Notes under the pieces: generated by a model | The model's input: only the letters and a program-made list of their open reading frames with translations | Databases searched by the model: none | What the model was told of the DNA's origin: nothing | Shown: in pieces, positions 14,001 through 14,923 of the stretch | Position numbering within the stretch: the stretch's first letter is position 1 | Layout of the letters: each line of letters begins with the position of its first letter | Translations under genes and position numbers: made by a program | Assembly (NCBI GenBank): GCA_043819075.1 | Contig: JBDRFE010000069.1 | Coordinates: 1-14,923, forward strand | Source: an archaeon | GTDB lineage: Archaea; Iainarchaeota; Iainarchaeia; Iainarchaeales; 1-14-0-10-31-34 | Reading direction: 5' to 3' | Length of the DNA: 14,923 nucleotides

Positions 14001-14923
14001 GTCCTTAAAATAGAAAACAATGGCGCAGCTAATGCGGTCAATGTGAGAACAGACATTTATTCAGATAATGTTTTAGAAAACACTTTGTTTGTTGAAAGCA
14101 TTCCTGTTTTCAGTTCTGTAACTCGCGCAGTTTCTTTGCAGTTGCCTGCAGGAGAACACGAAATAAAGGTTTCAGTTAATCCTCTCTTTGAAGTAACAGA
14201 AACAAATTATTTGAATAACACTTTATCAGAACAAATTAATTTTATTCCTTTTTCCGCAGACTTGACAGTAAAATCTGTTTCATCTTCTAATGCAAGCAAT
14301 ACAGTAATTAATGCAGAAATCCAGAACATTGGCGGCTCTAAAGCAGAAAATGCTTTGATTCAAGTGTTTTATAATGGCACAAAAGTTTCTGAAAAAACGA
14401 TTACAGTTAATTCAAGAGAAACAAAAACAGTTACTGCAACCACAAGCAAAAAAAACGGAGTTAATTTAATTGAAGTAAAAGTTAATCCAGAGCAAACTGT
14501 TTTAGAAGCAGATTATTCAAACAACAGCCTTTCAAAAGAGAATTATATATGCAGTAAATCAAATATTCTTGTGGTAAACGACAATGATTCAGAGAATTAT
14601 TCAACTGACAATCCAAGCAGTGTTTCTGCAATAGAAGAAATATTAAAAAACAATGGTTATTGTTTTGAGGTTTGGAGTGAAAAAGAAAAAGGTGTTCCTT
14701 TATTAGAGCACTTGAATGAATTTGAAATAGTTATCTGGAGTGCAGGAAATTACTGGAATACTGTAATAGATGAAAATGACATGCAATTGCTGCAGGAATT
14801 TAATGGAAACATTATTTTTGAAGGAGCAGACATTGGGTTTGACCATGCAAATGAACTGTTTTTGCAGGAAAAACTGCATGCCTCACTAGACAAAGACTTA
14901 ATTGCACAAGAACAAGAATCATT
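11097..14923 (+). CDS. Secreted subtilisin-like (S8) serine protease with prodomain, Ig-like/CARDB domains and repeated GATase-like domains; 3'-truncated by the window end
   Basis: Not in the ORF track because there is no stop in the window. SD AGGAGG (11083-11088), ATG 11097, signal peptide MKPGVYVSVALVLLVLLAGALNA, I9-like prodomain. Triad IAVLDTGID (Asp 11598), HGTHVAG (His 11691), SGTSMATPHVAG (Ser 12225); oxyanion ASGN. CARDB-like ADL...N.G...VNP...E..Y.NN at ~13941-14240 and ~14256-14550. The same frame reads sensibly in the last lines of the window. Confidence 0.95.
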   Translation, partial: MKPGVYVSVALVLLVLLAGALNATAFYDSMIPLNSLSDKETVYSQNNPSNNLLDSKIHKDLQNKISEAPKEKTVTLFKATNENELDSMEALIESAGGKVLSKNKIGDVITAEIPAEKIPEIVFSDSVESAWPDRVFHATLEESVPQINAPFMWENDLNGSGIKIAVLDTGIDSFHPMLQGKIILENTFTGESAQDVLGHGTHVAGIIAGTTENGGKYNGVAPGALLLNVKVLDNNGYGSESEIINGINWAVDPDGNSETDDGADIINMSLGGPYADLNSPIVSAIKDAIQAGVIVVVASGNCGSGCPSSNCHGFIGVETPGISPEAITVGAVDKQNNWACFSSGGTISENIKPDVVAPGVNINSSVPEGYAAYSGTSMATPHVAGAAALLLQSNENLSPEEVKYVLEATAQKLGEPGKDIKYGSGLIDASKFIPPNVNKLLKYKVELPEIVYLYDEIIISLTPLADSIESAFAVIKDPDNTEYKIQITNTSQNSWQGIFSNTGITGIYSVDIFISNKVGNITEFNENFGAIRFDSNTAFIEQIIASNNVSFDENFSATIVFKNNGSSDVNAIIEAQIIDENILMASIEKNVFAGPNSENYVDFLFGPLETLGSKQILAIASFEGEYHTKEKTFTVTDNTEPVIDSVNFESSVNKNQPAVMELIVEDTSDVNGNLVLTNSLNQLQTIPLKLVWGTGTQKKLTATYYGTNLLGENDFYLEACDSVGLCTSSENYGFTVQDCNNRHVLIVSENESSEPERFTSFLENYCVSLLNTKKSSLPEDSSFFGNFELIIWLTGTRYNENVSNEAAALLLDSNTNIVLEGEDIAFNHFSDEFMAKVANAVFDKELLLKDYNGSVQLEITRNHPLFNSLAVLDFNPVLSLFPDSLIPVNNGVELASWNADGNKSSAIIASNTGSKKTLFLPFSLQALGSKQQIFIQNMLDWMLTDSEQADLVPKLVEVYPSIEGSNFIVLKIENNGAANAVNVRTDIYSDNVLENTLFVESIPVFSSVTRAVSLQLPAGEHEIKVSVNPLFEVTETNYLNNTLSEQINFIPFSADLTVKSVSSSNASNTVINAEIQNIGGSKAENALIQVFYNGTKVSEKTITVNSRETKTVTATTSKKNGVNLIEVKVNPEQTVLEADYSNNSLSKENYICSKSNILVVNDNDSENYSTDNPSSVSAIEEILKNNGYCFEVWSEKEKGVPLLEHLNEFEIVIWSAGNYWNTVIDENDMQLLQEFNGNIIFEGADIGFDHANELFLQEKLHASLDKDLIAQEQES

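Overview
AT-rich window that looks archaeal. Evidence: TTTAAATA/TTTAAAAA TATA boxes about 25-30 nt before leaderless starts and an oligo-T terminator; a DPANN-type host is inferred, not proven. Left part: two tandem SAM methyltransferases (the first resembles the plant MMT/bacterial MmtN methionine S-methyltransferase family), an alpha/beta hydrolase with a basic N-terminal extension, and a convergent Fic gene. The Fic gene has a double-palindrome operator around its TATA box and is bracketed by a 14-bp imperfect direct repeat. Right part (4181 to the window end): one tightly coupled + strand run of six genes. It starts with a 1267-aa secreted modular protein (signal peptide, Cys-rich region, four ~88-aa beta-sandwich repeats, two PEGA-like domains, hydrophobic pre-toxin-like linker, C-terminal PD-(D/E)xK nuclease-like domain). 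Next come two cytoplasmic unknowns (immunity candidates), a secreted KPWW-ending protein and a 4-TM membrane protein. Last is a large subtilisin (S8) protease that the ORF track missed because it runs off the window. Best hypothesis: an archaeal secreted polymorphic toxin-immunity system with a co-encoded processing protease. All family calls are from motif reading by eye, with no database searches.
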